Position numbers and translations under genes: made by a program. From the NCBI RefSeq assembly GCF_018977255.1, contig NW_024704743.1, forward strand, positions 93,498,001-93,562,000: 64,000 nucleotides of DNA, given 5' to 3'. The notes beneath the pieces were generated by a model. It saw only the letters and a program-made list of their open reading frames with translations, had not been told where the DNA came from and ran no database searches. This document shows, one piece after another, positions 53,580 through 64,000 of the stretch (positions are counted from its first letter, which is position 1; the number at the start of each line of letters is the position of its first letter). This stretch comes from Callorhinchus milii (Eukaryota).

Positions 53580-55628
53580 TCAAAATTCCTAAAGTACTGA
53601 ACATGAATTATTCAGATTTAGTACAAAGCTAACCAGCAATCAAAAGTATAACCCAGTTTCACCCTTCATGCAGGTAACGTCTTGAAGCATTCAATAGCAT
53701 TATGGCTTGATGCCAAGCCGGAAAGGGAGAGGTGGTGACCAAAGGCACAGTCGAAGAGCAAAGTCTTCAGGTTTATTTTAAGACGGGCAAAAATGGGACA
53801 GGATGGAGGGAATTAGGCAAGGAGTTCCAGAGATTCAAGGCATCAGGAGAGTCCATCTCCGCACATCCAATAATTTCTATCCAGTGCTTCAGAATTTCTA
53901 ACTTGAAACCATGTGTCAGATCTCAATTTAAATATTGGATTAATATGATTTTGAGTTGTAGAAATGCTCTTGTGTGAATGAATGTATACATGTGCTCTGA
54001 TAATGAATGAAGTTTATTGTGTTCCTGAGAACAATGTGAGTGCTGTGGTGATGTTCTCAGTGGTAAGTTGTGTGTGGGTGGTGACAAGCTAACTTTGTGA
54101 GTTTGTGTAAAATGATGAGATCCTGTAGTGGGAAAGGATGAATCAAGCAAGTTGTGTAATAAGCGAATCCGGGACCACGCTCAGTGTCGGCTTGTGTAAC
54201 TCATTGGGTAGGCGGATCCTCCTGTCTGTTATGAAACATGTTCAGTTCTTTATGTAAGATCAGCGGTTGTGTAACATGGTCAATGTCACCCATGGTCCAC
54301 TTCCCGGCTGATTAAAGTGACAATCGATTGCCCTAAACAGCTGTAACTCTCAGTGTCCCAGTGAAGTGCTGCTCTTTATTGCCTTACAGCCTGCAAACCT
54401 GTTGATACTCGGGGTGAGTTGCCAAACTTCTGCGCATTTTCTTTCCAATGAGGAAAGTTAAGATATAAATGGGTTTCTGCAATTTACCTGTTCAGTTCAT
54501 TTTAGTGGCAATCAGAAAATTGGTTTGGATCGTCATTCATTCGTTCCTTAATGCTGCAATCCTCTTGAATCTAGGGCTTCTTTCTGTTTGGCAATTTTTT
54601 CCAGAGTTTCCTCCTCATTGGAGTATTTTTATTCCCTTTTCGGTTCCCCTTTCACTCCCTATGTAGCTGGCTGAGTGATGCTCACATGTCAGAGTTCATT
54701 CTGTTACTAATCCCACACCTGTTGCTGGATTCAAGAGTTTCAAGAGATCTCCAGACCTTGCTGTGTTACCTGATTTTCATTCCATTCTCCACTACCCACC
54801 CTCTCCCCAAAAAAGGTATTTCCATTCTTGATATGGCTTTGTCTGGAATTGAGGGAGGCAGGACTTGGAACCAGAAGCTTCTGATACCAATGTAAAGCCC
54901 CAAATTAAATAATAATAATAATCTTATATTTGATTTTGTGCCTTTCATATCTGGAGTATGTGTCAAAGTGCTTCACTGGATTTATTGTAAAGTGTAGTGA
55001 CTGTATTTTGTAGGCAAATGTGCAACGAATTTGCACACAATAATGTCCCACAAATAGCCATGAAATGGATGTCCAATTGTATTTCGGAGATTGTTGGAAA
55101 GAACAATGGGAGAAATTCCCTTCTCTTTTCAAATAGTGTTATGGGATCCTTATCGTTCATCTGAAAATACAGACGGGACCACAGTTTAATATCTCATCTG
55201 AATGACAGCGCTTCCAAAAATGCTAGCTGGATACCGAAGCAGGGTGGAGAGTGGGGTGGTGGGGGGGAAGAAAAAGAATAAGGGGAGGGAGTAAGTCAGA
55301 GGGATGGAGGCAGATAAGCTGAAAGCCTGTCTGCTGATGGTAGGACAGGTATATAGCATTAGTCATGAAGTTCTCGCAGTCCAGGGTTCACTGAGCAAAG
55401 GGAGAGGCCAGGCTGAAGGAGGTTGCAGAGGTAGGGTGGGGCGAGACCACAGAGGGGTTTGAACATGATGATGATCTTGAATACAATCCTCTGAAGGATG
55501 GGGAGCCAGTGGAGCCGAAACATAATTGCATAAAACAGAGTGATTAAATAACACAGTATTGTTTTGTAAATTGCTTATATGTTCACACTTAGAAGAGTAA
55601 AAATAAAACCTTTGCTTAGGATTCCAGA

Positions 55629-55734
55629 ATGGCCAAGTGCAACCCATGGAAGGTTGTCCTGCTGGTAGTTGCCGTGGTTGTCTATATCACCATGTCAGCT
55701 TTCAATGCTCTGGCAGGAACTGGGCCTTCAATGG
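55629..55734 (+). CDS. Uncharacterised multi-pass membrane protein (si:ch211-161h7.5 / TspO-like family), coding exon 1
   Basis: ATG at 55629; encodes MAKCNPWKVVLLVVAVVVYITMSAFNALAGTGPSM; strong donor G|gtaagt in phase 1. Confidence 0.85.
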
Positions 55735-56610
55735 GTAAGTAGAACTGACAGCATAGAAAAGTTGAGAAAGTGCAAAAGGGAATTACTGCACTCCTCAAAC
55801 CTGTTCTCGCTATTTCAAACATGTCAACAGCCTGTTAAAACAGCATGTGAAGGCCAAAAGTAAAGCAATGCTGCAAGTGAGATATCTGAATGATCCAATA
55901 TTGCAGAACATTTTTTGTAACATTGCAATATTTGTACAAAATCTCAATGTGCACAAAGGTTATGAGATTAAAATAGAGGAGTTCGGAAACTATTTGTTTT
56001 AATGTAACGAGTTTTGATCAAAAAAACTTTAAGTGTCTGAATAAGTGATTATAGTGTTTCAGTAATTCTGTGTTATTGCTCCTTCAATAATTTGTTTGAA
56101 TCTGTAGTTTTTAGAAATTACTTATTTTACTCCACCATTGGACCAGGTTAAGGGAACTAAGCTAGATCACAATCGGGGGCCCTTTGTACAGCACACACAA
56201 AATATGCAACATTACCTTTTTGTAGATGACAGACACATGTTGATATCTAATATGAAGTTTTTCTTTAATATATTTAAAAGTACTTGTAAATTAACATAAG
56301 AAGACATTTTAAAAGCATGTAAAGTTGCAAATTGTGGTAAGGATAAGAATGGATTTGGGACCCACTTAGCTGGTTTTACAACTGATTTCAACTGACATCC
56401 TTGCCAAAAGAGGTGATGCTTAACTTCTACAAATCATTAGTTAGAACACAGTTTTGGTCACATGGTTTGATTGCAAGGTTTGGCCACATTTGATCTTCAA
56501 CTTTGATGCATCATGCAAGATGTTTGGTTGAAACTTAGTCCAATCCCATGAATATTTATCCAACAGTATTGGAAATTTCAATCACACAATATTACTTTTT
56601 TACTCTCCAG

Positions 56611-56756
56611 GTCTCTTTGTGCAGTCTGTTAAAAAATGTATCTGACAAATACAGAACTGACTTCACCCCAGCAGGCTGGACATTCGGTATCTGGGGAGTC
56701 ATTTACCTATGGCAAGCATTATGGATAATCTATTCATTGACTGGATTATGCAGAAG
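56611..56756 (+). CDS. Membrane protein gene, coding exon 2
   Basis: ctccag| ... |gtaatt; encodes GLFVQSVKNVSDKYRTDFTPAGWTFGIWGVIYLWQALWIIYSLTGLCR, with the family motif TPAGWTFxIWGxIY. Confidence 0.92.
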
Positions 56757-57708
56757 GTAATTCCACAAATAACAGACATAACCAACAGAAGGTTATAGGT
56801 TCAAGACCCAATATTAAGACTCTGGGGGCATTGTATAGGCCAGTGGTGACCAACCTTTTTGATCAGCCAACCAAATAAATTTTTCTTGAATGAATATTTC
56901 TTCATTTATGGCTCACCATAAATATAGCTCCTCAGTAGCTACTGGAAACAAAATATTGATTTAACACAGACTAAGTAAATTATTGATTTTACCTCGACAA
57001 GCGGCTGTTCAGTGGGCCACTTCTTGACACACTGTGGGACACGTTCTTAATTTACAATGTGAAAAAACAAGAAGGTATAACAGAATCAATAATAACAATA
57101 ATAATATTCCTTGCATTAATATTGGACCTATATTATTAACAAGTCTATAATATTTCACAGTTGATTGATGTCAAGAGTAGAGACTGTTTCTTTTAGGCAA
57201 GGGTTTAAAAAAAATGGTGAAATAAAGTACTTAATGGAGTGGATTATGTGTAATTGTGATTATTGACTTCATGTGTAAATCCTTTCACAACAAAGTATGT
57301 AGATTTTTGTATCACAGGAGAATGTAGCAGGTGATTTATGGAACGGAAGCATCAAAGAAGGTCTCCATGAGGTCATGGAAATCCAAAATAAGATTGTGTC
57401 TGAGCAGAGTTCTGGTAGATTGGAATGAAACACATTTGAGTGCATGCAGGATTCATTATTTGTAAATCCTTTTACAAATCATGCAAGTTACCCCATAGAA
57501 TATAATGATGAGTAGATTGGAATGATAGTATTGATTCACTGGATAGAATAAGAAAGATGAGGTCAGGAGGTACCTGTTTCACTTTTATTTTGTTAGGCAG
57601 TTGATTTAATGGAATTTCTCTTCTTAAAATATGATTTTTTTATGTGCTAAAGTTTAGAGTACCATTCAATGGTAATGTTGGGTTTCTTTTTAATATTTAT
57701 TCACACAG

Positions 57709-57813
57709 GAAAGCCCAGGCATGGATACATTCAGTAGTGCCCTATCCATTTTTCATCATATGGATTATAAACAACCTTTTCAACATAGGTTGGATTTTCC
57801 TTTGGGATAGAGA
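57709..57813 (+). CDS. Membrane protein gene, coding exon 3
   Basis: acacag| ... |gtaaga; encodes KAQAWIHSVVPYPFFIIWIINNLFNIGWIFLWDRE. Confidence 0.9.
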
Positions 57814-58819
57814 GTAAGAAATAAACCATATTATTGAGCTGTGCCAGTAAAATTCATTCTCTTGAATGTTCTTGCAAAGGATCATGTAGCTTCCTTCATC
57901 TGTTGATAGTCTTGATAATGGTCTTTAACGGTTGTAACATAGGATGGTGATAACTTATGCAGCAAAGGAAAGTGTATTGATGGGATGGAAGTGTATTGAA
58001 AGGTCATTGATGGGATGGAAGCATGAGGTCTCAGAAATAAGGTTGTGCCTGAGCAGAGTTTTAATAGATTGGTGTGAAACAAGAAACTCAATAATTGTAT
58101 TTCTAATGAAAATGTCTCCTTTTTCAAATGGTTGGAAAGCCACGGTATAACCCAATGAGAATGAAACACCATTGCTGGCCTGTATGGCATATCCTTCTAG
58201 AGTCAAATGCATGGGCACCTCTACCGCTGAGCACATGTATTCTGTTCTTTTCAGAGAACTATTCTGTCTTTCAGCAACAACAACAACAACAAAATTACAT
58301 TTGTGTAGCACCTTGTACATCGGGAGGATGTCTCAAGATGCTAGACAGACAGAGTTTTCAGCAGTAATGTCATCTTGGTTGCTTTGCTCTTGATCTCTGG
58401 GAATAAATATGATTCAAGCAAATATTTTAGGGCAGATTTTAGATACACAGGAACATTTAATACTATCTAGCATAACTTTTACAATAAAATGTCCAAACAT
58501 TGTATATAAACACTAAACCTGTTCAGAAGCAGTTGAGCAAAACTAAAAAGATGAAAATTTAGCTCTCTATTTCTTACATGTTCACCAATATGCTGATAAC
58601 AGACGTGGCTGACAGATACACTCTTTAGTCAATTTGTTAGCGTAGTGTTTGGCAACACTAATACCAGTGAGGATTCTCATTGAGTAGGTTTTGAGGAACC
58701 TCACCTCAACTGTAGCGAGAAGACAGGACAACCACTTTGGTATATGTTGTCGTGATAGGGCAGAGGGTGGCTGGAGCTCGGAGAAGGAAGCAGCTCAGGT
58801 TAAAAAACTGATAACTCAC

Positions 58820-59246
58820 TGTGGGTCTTAGATTATAGAAGAATTAGAGGTGATCTTATAAATACCTGTAAGATTCTTAAGGGTCTTGACAGGGTTGATA
58901 TTGTAAAACTGTTTCTCCTAGTTGGAGAATCTAAAACTAGGGGTCGTAGTCTGAGGATTAAAAGTCAGCCTTTTAGAACTGAGTTGAGAAAACATTTCTT
59001 CACTCAGAGGGTAGTGAATTTGTGGAATTCTCTACTCCAGAAGGCTCTGGATGCTCAATCTTTGAACATATTCAAGACTGATATCGATAGATTTTTAAAA
59101 ACTAAAGGGATTAAGGGATATGGGGATAGGGCGGATAAATGGAATTAGGTTAGAAGATCAGCCATGATCTTATTAAATAGCAGGGGAGGCTCAAGGGGCC
59201 GAATGGCCTATTCCTGCTCCTATTTCTTATGTTCTTATGCTCTTAT
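58820..59246 (+). mobile_element. CR1 3' fragment; others near 19690-19866, 23790-24130, 27638-27830, 36650-36880, 37600-37980, 41575-41715 (-) and 48030-48760
   Basis: CR1 ORF2 end (ttcttcactcagagggtagtgaatttgtggaattc) and 3' UTR ggggccgaatggccta.tcctgctcc...(ttcttatg)n. Confidence 0.85.
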
Positions 59247-59304
59247 AATGAGTAGTTTGGTGAACATGTGGAATGTTGCTTTGTAGGACTAAGCCGATTT
59301 TTCT

Positions 59305-59600
59305 GTCAGACTGGCTCAGTTGGTAGCACTCTTGCTTCTGAGACAGATGTTTGTGGGTTCAAGCCCCACATTGGGATTTTGAATTATCTAAGCTGACACT
59401 ACAATACAGCGAAGTGTTGTTTTGTTGAAGGTGCGATGGTTTGGATAAGACGTTAAACCAAGATCCCATTTGTTTGCTCAGGTGGATGTCAAAAATCCCA
59501 TTGCAACAGTTTTAAAAGTGAAGGGAGTTTCTCCCGGTGTCTTGGCCACCAGATAAAATCAGTCATTCATGTCATGGCTGTGGGATATTGCTCTGTGCTT
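59305..59600 (+). mobile_element. Older, second tRNA-derived SINE family; minus-strand copies near 34262-34694, 36895-37340, 49060-49345, 52290-52720 and 54910-55220
   Basis: Head gtcag..tggctcagttggtagcactct.gc.tctgag.caga...gtgggttcaag.ccca, recurring in degenerate form. Confidence 0.7.
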
Positions 59601-59822
59601 AGTGTCTTGTCAGCGAAAAGAGCTTTTGATGTCTGCAATGCCACGTGAAGGGAAACTACGATAGGCTACCACTTTCCTGAAGTCTTTTCAACCTCAGCCT
59701 GTGGTGGTAGCTAGTAGGATAAGCAAATATTAGCTTATTATGGCTTCAGTCTCCCACCGTGTAACATCCTTATCAGCTATTGTTTGCTTCCATTGTTTTA
59801 TTCAAACTCTCCTTTATTTCAG

Positions 59823-59967
59823 GTATTTGATCACAGCTCTTGTTTTCCTGGCCTTGATAGCTTTTACAAACTACACTGCTCTCTTCTTTTCCTATTATGC
59901 TCTGAACAAACAGGGACCTTGGTTACAAAAGCATAGCAAGGTCGATCTGTGGCTTGTCAGAATATTG
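59823..59967 (+). CDS. Membrane protein gene, coding exon 4 (GC donor)
   Basis: tttcag|; encodes YLITALVFLALIAFTNYTALFFSYYALNKQGPWLQKHSKVDLWLVRIL. Frame continuity requires the donor TTG|gcaggt. Confidence 0.88.
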
Positions 59968-60210
59968 GCAGGTGTTTAAGGAAGGTTGACAATCGCTCCC
60001 TTCAGAGTTTTTAATAAACAAGTGGGGAGAACTTCCATTCGCATCTAGATTTACGCTATTCACTGCATTTAGAATTTGATAAAGACAGTGTTTAATTTTG
60101 AAGCTGTTTTTCCTGTAAGTTCCTTTTAGTTAGCACAAAAAAGTCTTCAGAGTTAAAACTGAATTCAACAATCTGAAAATTCTGCACTTTCTGAAATGTT
60201 ATGTTAATGG

Positions 60211-60921
60211 AACAACAACAACAAGATTCCATTTATAGAGCGCCTTTCACATCGGGAGGACGTCCCAAGGCGCTGGACAGTTGGGTCGGGACCCGAGCAG
60301 GGGGGAAATGGTCAGGGTGAGGGGAGGGAAGGGAGGGAGCGAGGAGGGGGTAGAGAGTCGAGAGGGGAGCTGAAGGCACAGTCAAAGAGAAAGGTCTTGA
60401 GACCAGCCTTGAAGGAGGAAAGGGAGGAGGCGGCGAAGGCACTGGGGTTGGAGTTCCAGAGCCTCGGGGCTGAGAGGCTGAAGGCCCGACCACCGATAGT
60501 AGGGCGGTTGGGGCGGGGGATGTGGAGCAGACCGGAGCCAGAGGAACGGAGGGTACAGGCAGGTAGGTAGGGGGATAGTTGGTCGGAGAGGTAGGAGGGA
60601 GCAAGGCCGTGAATGGCCTTGTAAGTGAGGGTGAGGATCTTGAATTCGATCCTCTGGGGGATGGGGAGCCAGTGGAGGCGAGCGAGGGTGGGAGTGATGT
60701 GGCACGAAGCCTGGTGCGGGACAGTACACGAGAGGTGCCGGGAAGGCCGGCGAGGAGAGAGTTCCCATAGTCCAGCCTTGAGGTGATAAAGGCGTGGACC
60801 AGAGTTTCAGCAGCGTGAGGGGTGAGATAGTGCCGTAGTCTGGCGATATTCCGGAGGTGATGGAAGGCTGTGCCAGTTGTGGCACGGATATGAGGGAGAA
60901 AGGACAGCTCAGGGTCGAACA
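60211..60921 (-). mobile_element. L2-clade LINE 3' fragment (well preserved) inside the GC-AG intron
   Basis: [12 protein letters not shown]...[15 protein letters not shown]; intact 3' terminus with (CAA)n on +. Confidence 0.92.
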
Positions 60922-62528
60922 AATCTAGACTCAGGTGGAATTATACCACAAAGATGTTTAATTGGTGTATTCTATCCACAGGGAATTTATATTTATCCTC
61001 TTCATAGAACTGTAGAAATTTAGTAACTCACTAGTGAGTTTAAATTGGTGGCTCAGGAAAACTGTACTCTATTTATGCCCTGACATTTGTTTTGATGAAC
61101 TTTATATGTGAAGATGAATGTTAGAAGGTTTCCCTCTAACTTTCCTCTCACCCTATTGGTAGCCATTAAGGATGTTAAACCATTGCATAACTGTAAAATT
61201 TTGGCAATGTAGGGTGTTGACTTCACGTGTACAATTTCACTTAACTATGATGAAGTGTTTTATAATTAGATTTTATAATTGTTTTATAATTATAATTTAA
61301 TTAGATTGTAATTAAAAAGTTTAAGCAGCTCTTCACATTTCCTGGAACAAGCACCTACCTGCATTCCCCCATGAGTGTGACTGCAGAGACCTGGCAGAAT
61401 GCCAACAGTGGACTTTTGTATATCAAAGCTCACCTTTCAGTGGTGATTTCAATGGAAAACAGTAAATCACATTGTAAGTGCTGCTGGCTAGATACCAAGG
61501 TTGGACTAATTATACCCCCATTGAATTGGAATGGGGGAGCTGAACATCAACAATAATTTGTGTTTATATAATGCCCCTCCACATAGGAATTTTTTTTATT
61601 TTGGGGGGGTCAGCCAGGTGTCTGACCCATCACCATGCTTACGAGTATCCAGACCAAGGAAAGATACACATTGAGACCCCACAGGTTGATAGGTTGTTGG
61701 AATGGAATGCGCCCTCTCTCTCCCTGATGATTCACATACGGTAGTGAGTTCTCGGTTCACAATGACTGTCATGCATGCCCAGCAATGGCAAGGGTGGGGG
61801 GCAGGGGGAGGGAAAGTGACCAGAGGCGTGGTTGGAGAGGTAGGTTTTAAAGTGGGATTTCAAGACATTTATGTCATCTTGGTGAGCTTTTAATACAATA
61901 TGTACATTTTATCCAGTTGAAATCACCTTTGGTATTCTGGTGATGTGATAATTAGGGAGGGATAAGTAACTCTCTCAGATTTGACATGACTTCTAAACCA
62001 GGAAATCCTTTAAGAAATCCTGATTAATTTATACTGCAATGAGTATGGCTTGTTTCAAAACAGAAAACACTGGTTACCCTAAAAATAAGCTTCATGTTGT
62101 GATATTAGTCTGCTTCTTTACCTAACACGCATTATGCTGTCTTACTTCAGTGAAAATTCCATGAAGCCAAACTGAGCACGGTGGCTTCATCCCTTGTTGA
62201 CATTTCTTTGAAAATGCTCTTTATATTCTGGGCTGGTGGCTTTTGTTTTCAGCTACATATAAATAAGACTTGGTAAGACAGTGAAAAACTCGCTGGCCTC
62301 CTCATCAGTAGACCTCTCAAACTATCGAACCTTAAAAGTTAAGAAGTATTTGCCATGTTAAAGTGGAATTATTAAAGAATTGAATAGGTGATCTTCAATC
62401 ATTAACAAATTTATGAATTTTATGGAGATAATATTTATAATCTGAATTAAAAAGAAATATTGTGTAAAATTTGGTTTTAATGTTATAGAAAAAAACATTA
62501 TTGCTGTGAGGTTTTGTGTTTATTACAG

Positions 62529-62677
62529 GTACAGAATGGAATTGTAGTTTATGCAACATGGCCAACCATAGCAACATTACTTAACTTTGCAATTGAACTG
62601 ACGTATAGTGCCAATGTTGATATTTACACATCTGGCACAGTCGCCTTGTCCATCCTTGCTTTTCAAGTGGTTTTGTG
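62529..62677 (+). CDS. Membrane protein gene, coding exon 5
   Basis: ttacag| ... |gtatgt; encodes VQNGIVVYATWPTIATLLNFAIELTYSANVDIYTSGTVALSILAFQVVL and ends with a split codon TG. Confidence 0.9.
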
Positions 62678-62833
62678 GTATGTACTGGTCCTGTGTTTTA
62701 AAACTAGCACCATACTTGTTAATAATAGAAATTTATACTTATACATCTAGTTATAAATAGAGTGAAATATTTTGAGTGATCTGCTGCATTAAATGTTGAC
62801 GTGCCTTTGCCATCAATACTTATGGATACTTGT

Positions 62834-63132
62834 GGAGTCCTGTAGCTCAGTGGTTAGAGCACTCGCTTTGCAAGCGAGAGACCTGAGTTCAATTCCAGGC
62901 AGGGCGAAACCTTGGGCAAGTTTCCTTTCTCCACACGCCTAATAATAATCCCTCAAAAAAAAAACAATAATAAATTGGTCATTTTCAATCTACGACTGTT
63001 TGTGGGACATTGCTGTGCGCAATTGGCTGCCGCGTTCGCCCACAAATATACAGTCAATTCACTTTACAGTGTGTTCTGTGAAGTGCTTTGGGACGTCCTC
63101 CCGACGTGAAAAGCGCTATATCAAATGCAAGG

Positions 63133-63164
<32 letters not shown>
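62834..63164 (+). mobile_element. Young tRNA-derived SINE (short form)
   Basis: Same head, body and (ATT)n tail; nearly identical to the copies at 13284 and 53248. Confidence 0.92.
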
Positions 63165-63862
63165 GCTTAACTTAGAATAAGGGTAATGAAATTATGTTAA
63201 TACCATCATCATAACTTACCAATGACATTAGAAAATGGATTCATGGAACCAATTCATTCCGATAGACATTGTACAACTCACACGCTATAGATATTTGACA
63301 ATTTATTTAATATCTTCAGTCTTTCAGGAAGAAGACATTTGCATATAATTAATAAAATGTTCCTTTATAGGAGTTCAAATATCACAACAAACTTGGAAAA
63401 TAGGCTTCATCTCCTAGCTGGTATTGAATTGAATCTATATTTACAAAATGAAAGAGAGCTTCAAAGCTCTGTTATTTGAAATGAAGCCTAGTTAATTGGC
63501 TTTGTTAATTATACATCTCACTGTAAAATGATGATATCCTTAATTCAGTTTCCAGTTAACTCTTTTTGATGTTAAATGACACGAGGCAGGTGGCCTTTAT
63601 TTGATGGTTTGTAGAAACAGTGGGGTGTATTTTATGTTGATTGCTAAAAATAGCAATCTTTCATTCTGACTTTAAAATGGAAACACAGCTCATAGCACAA
63701 TTTTTAGTGATGATCATTAAATAAGCCCAAAGTGTTTCTGAAGGTTTAGCTGGTCTGTTCAATTACTGATTTCACTTTTAATGGGACCTTACTAGTATAT
63801 TATAGCGTACAAGCACAAATGAAATCATGAGTAACAATGACAGGATTTATTTTTGTCCCCAG

Positions 63863-64000
63863 ATTCTGTTTGGAGAATTTTGTGCTGGACAAGTATGTGC
63901 ACTATACACTTACAGTCTATCCAGTTGTCATAGTGGCATTGTCAGGATTTTTAAACAATAACTTCAACATCAATTCCCCAAGCAGGAACAACATTTATAT
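63863..64000 (+). CDS. Membrane protein gene, coding exon 6 (cut by window end; junction codon is TGA)
   Basis: ccccag|A TTC TGT...; encodes FCLENFVLDKYVHYTLTVYPVVIVALSGFLNNNFNINSPSRNNIY. TG from exon 5 plus A gives TGA. Confidence 0.82.

Overview
This is vertebrate genomic DNA rich in repeats. The repeat content (L2 and CR1 LINE fragments, two tRNA-derived SINE families) suggests a cartilaginous fish, possibly a chimaera; that assignment is an inference. (1) An intact 6-exon TIMM21 gene lies on + (CDS 12941-28249, 247 aa). (2) Upstream is a CpG-rich CCAAT/GC-box promoter (about 10.5-11.1 kb), a G-rich minisatellite, and candidate exons of a divergent minus-strand transcript. FBXO15 is expected there by synteny but I could not confirm it. 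(3) An unprocessed, exon-intron-retaining pseudogene of lysyl-tRNA synthetase (KARS1-like) lies on - with four clear degenerate exons between 32.6 and 45.8 kb. The ORF track essentially misses it, and its position may mark a whole-genome-duplication paralogue. (4) A multi-pass membrane protein gene of the uncharacterised si:ch211-161h7.5 / TspO-like type lies on + from 55629 to beyond the window end. It needs a GC-AG intron, and its exon 5/6 junction creates an in-frame TGA where Trp is expected. All protein identifications come from my own translations compared with sequences I remember; no database was searched. Most entries in the supplied ORF track are repeat-derived or spurious.
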